Shown here piece after piece: positions 15,001 to 18,000 of a DNA stretch of 64,000 bases (its first letter is position 1; every line of letters starts with the position of its first letter). The position numbers and the translations under genes are program-made. Below the pieces are notes generated by a model, which saw nothing but the letters and a program-made list of their open reading frames with translations, did no database searches and had not been told where the DNA came from. Origin of the DNA: an uncultured bacterium. Its GTDB lineage: Bacteria; Oederibacteriota; JAAXVQ01; JAUVAV01. The stretch spans positions 1 to 64,000 of the forward strand of contig CAVQBK010000001.1 of the NCBI GenBank assembly GCA_963710755.1, given 5' to 3'.

Positions 15001-18000
15001 CAACAATCTGGGCAGTGAATACAAAAACCTGGAAGCCAAGGCCAGTATGACCAGCCAGGAGATTATCGGCATGGCCAAAGCGCTGTTGGGGCAATTAGTA
15101 TCGCTCCGGGAGCAAGTGAAACAAGGTGCAGTAAAAGGTATGGATCAAGTTAAAACGCTGCTGGGTGGCATTGAAAAACAAATTACTGACATCAAGAAAA
15201 CATGGGAAGTCAAGGCGTCTGTCCAGAAGTTGGACAGCCTGATGCCTTTAGTCGGAAACAGCGGCAAAGCCATCTTAGGAATGCTCAAAATAAGCCGTCT
15301 GCTGAACCAAACAGCTCATGATGGTGATGGCCTGGGATCAAAAATTCTGGCCCATATTAATCCCGGCAATATATTGGATATAAGTTTCAGTGTGTTGGAA
15401 AGCAGCAAGGTGGACTTTGGGACCAAGGTACTGGCAGCCACCGCCCTGGGTGCGGGCATAAGCTTGCAATTGATGGTGGTGAGCAGTGTGCCCCTTGCCG
15501 CTGTCTGGGCGTCGGAACCGGTAATTAAAAAAGGTGCTGATTTTGCGCTGGATAAAATGGGTGTAGAAGGTCCGGCTAAGGTTTTTTGGTCAAAGGTTAT
15601 CTGCAATGCCGCCTATTTCTTTGGCCTCGGTGGAGCCACCACCAGTTTGAAAAAAGGCTTCATTAATTGGATGAAGAATGGGTTGGCCAAAGGCGCTGTT
15701 ATGGGCGTCGTGGCCAAACTTGCCTTGGAACCTCTGGCTGAACTAGTCGGAATGCTTGGGAAAAATGATGCTCAAAAAGAGGCATTGAAATTAACCACCT
15801 TTGGGCTGTGTACCGCAGGGCTGGCCGGGGCCATGAAAGGCAAGTTAGGCGAAAAACTGGAAAAGCTTGGAGAGGAAAAAGAGCAGTTGTCTGAAACTGC
15901 GGGGGTAAAAAGCATCAAGACCAAGGCGGAAGTGAATCTGCTCCAAGCCAAGTCCAAAGCCATCATCCAGGAAGCAGAATATAAAAACGCTGCCAAAGAA
16001 ATAAAAACAGCGCGAAAAGCAATTGAACGTACGGCGTCCAGGGAAGAGATGAGCGCCAAAACCAAGCAAACTGTGGATGCTCTAAAAACCAAAGAAGCAT
16101 CCTTGGAAGGCAAGGCCAAAGACCTGAACCGCCAGGCCAAGGTGCTGGAACAGCGAGTGGCAGAGACAAAACAGCTTGAAAATAAAACGGAAATAAGGCA
16201 TGCTGAAAAACAAATCAACACCCTCAAAAAAGAAATCAATGCAGGAGAAAAAGTACTCAAGCAGGATTTGAAATCCGTCAAATCCCTGACCAAGGAGGCC
16301 AATCGTGTTCTGGCAAAAGAAAGTACCGCCATTAATCAACGACGAGGAAGTACCGGACAACTGGACCAAGGAACAAATACGGAGTTATTACTCAAAGAAG
16401 CTGAAGCAAATTTGGGAGCGGCAAAAGAGGTCAGTAGAGGAAATAATCTCGCTGCAGAACGAGTTGAAGGATTTAGAAACCAAATTGCAGAAGGTGGAGC
16501 GAGAATCGCAAGAGCAGTTGCAGAAGGTGGAGCGAGAATCGCAAGAGCAGTTGCAGAAGGTGGAGCGAGAATCGCAAGAGCAGTTGCAGAAATTGGAAAA
16601 GGAATCAAAAATACTGCAGGAAGATTATTCCAAACAACAGAAAGAGTCGGCAAAACTGGTAGCCAATTACGAGAGACTAGTGAGCGAGCTCAAGCGGCTA
16701 AAAAAGACCTAGGGCAAGCTCGGCTGGAACAACTTACCAATCAATTGGAAACTCAGATGATCAAAGGCGCTGAAAGTCTGGGTGATATAGATATTCCTAA
16801 ATTAGGGTATGAGAAGGAGAAGCAAAACTTTATTCTCAAAGGGCTGGGGACCTTGATCAAGGGTGACAATCCAACCGGTCAACTTCTCCGCTACGGTGCC
16901 ATCGGGGGAGCAGTCCTTCTGCTCACCCTCCCCGCCAACGCCGGAGCAGCCACGACCAATCCCGGCGGGGTAGTCAATGCCTCTTCCTTGACAACCGCGG
17001 GCTTGCAAGAGACTCAGGCAAAAATCAGCGGTAATACGGCAAATCAAAACTCAAATCCAATTCAAGCCGGAGTAAAGGCCGTGGTTGACAAACAACCAGC
17101 CCTTAATCTCCTGAAAGCGGTAGATAATAAGATCGAAACCCTCAAACCGCAGCTCCAAGCCGGATGGCAGACCTACACCACCAATTTATCGGAGATGAAA
17201 CATGCCTATGACCAAGCCAAAGGCTGGACTAAGGTAGAAATCACCACCGCCCAGGCCCTCGACGCCAACCGCCAACCCGTCGGTCAATCCGTCACCATCA
17301 CCAAAGCCGCGATGAACAAAGCCTTTGCGAATCTGAAGAACCAGTCCCGCGATACCGCAGGGAATGGTCGCGACCGTTCCCTACCAACCACCGTGAAATC
17401 CATGCTAACCCATGCTGTTGAAAAAACCAAGGCAGTGGCTAAGGATTCAATAGACAAAGCCACCAGTGTCCGTGGAACCACGGTAGCGGAAGCAAAAACC
17501 GCCTTGCTCGATAGTCTCGCTGAATTGCGGACCGCGGCCAGCGGCGTTTTGGATCAAGCCAATGCGATCAAAGCTGAGGGCGATAAAGAAGCAGGAGACC
17601 TGGCGGCGCAAGTGAGGACAGGCGTGGACAAAAGCGTGCAAGGCCTGCCGGGCGGCGCGCTGCTGGAAGCCACCGCCAAAGTTACACCGGTCAAACAATT
17701 ATTGGAGAAAGGATTGGAAAAATTAGGGAAGAAATTTGGTATAGATCTGAAAGCTGAATTGAAAAATGCCTCGCCAGAAGTGATTATTGCCAAGTTGGAA
17801 AGCATTATTGCCAAAGTAGACCAAATAACCGTCGCGATCAAAGCGCAAGTATCGCTGGGAGTGGCTGCAGTCCGTGCTTATGCCGTGCAAATCATCGGCT
17901 TGCGAAACGACCTGGTGGCAGCCGTGAGACAGTGGGATAAAGTGGACATGAAACTGGTCGTCCTGGGCAAAGCCGCAGGCCAGGTGGGCGAAGCCGGCAA

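Larger units (their letters stand above)
14546..16960 (+). repeat. Internal module A of the giant gene (paralogous to 17237-19750)
   Basis: The first 38 nt are identical to 17237-17274. Shared order: helical region, hydrophobic block, coiled coil, nested ORF, YGAxxGAVLLLxLPA segment. Confidence 0.85.
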
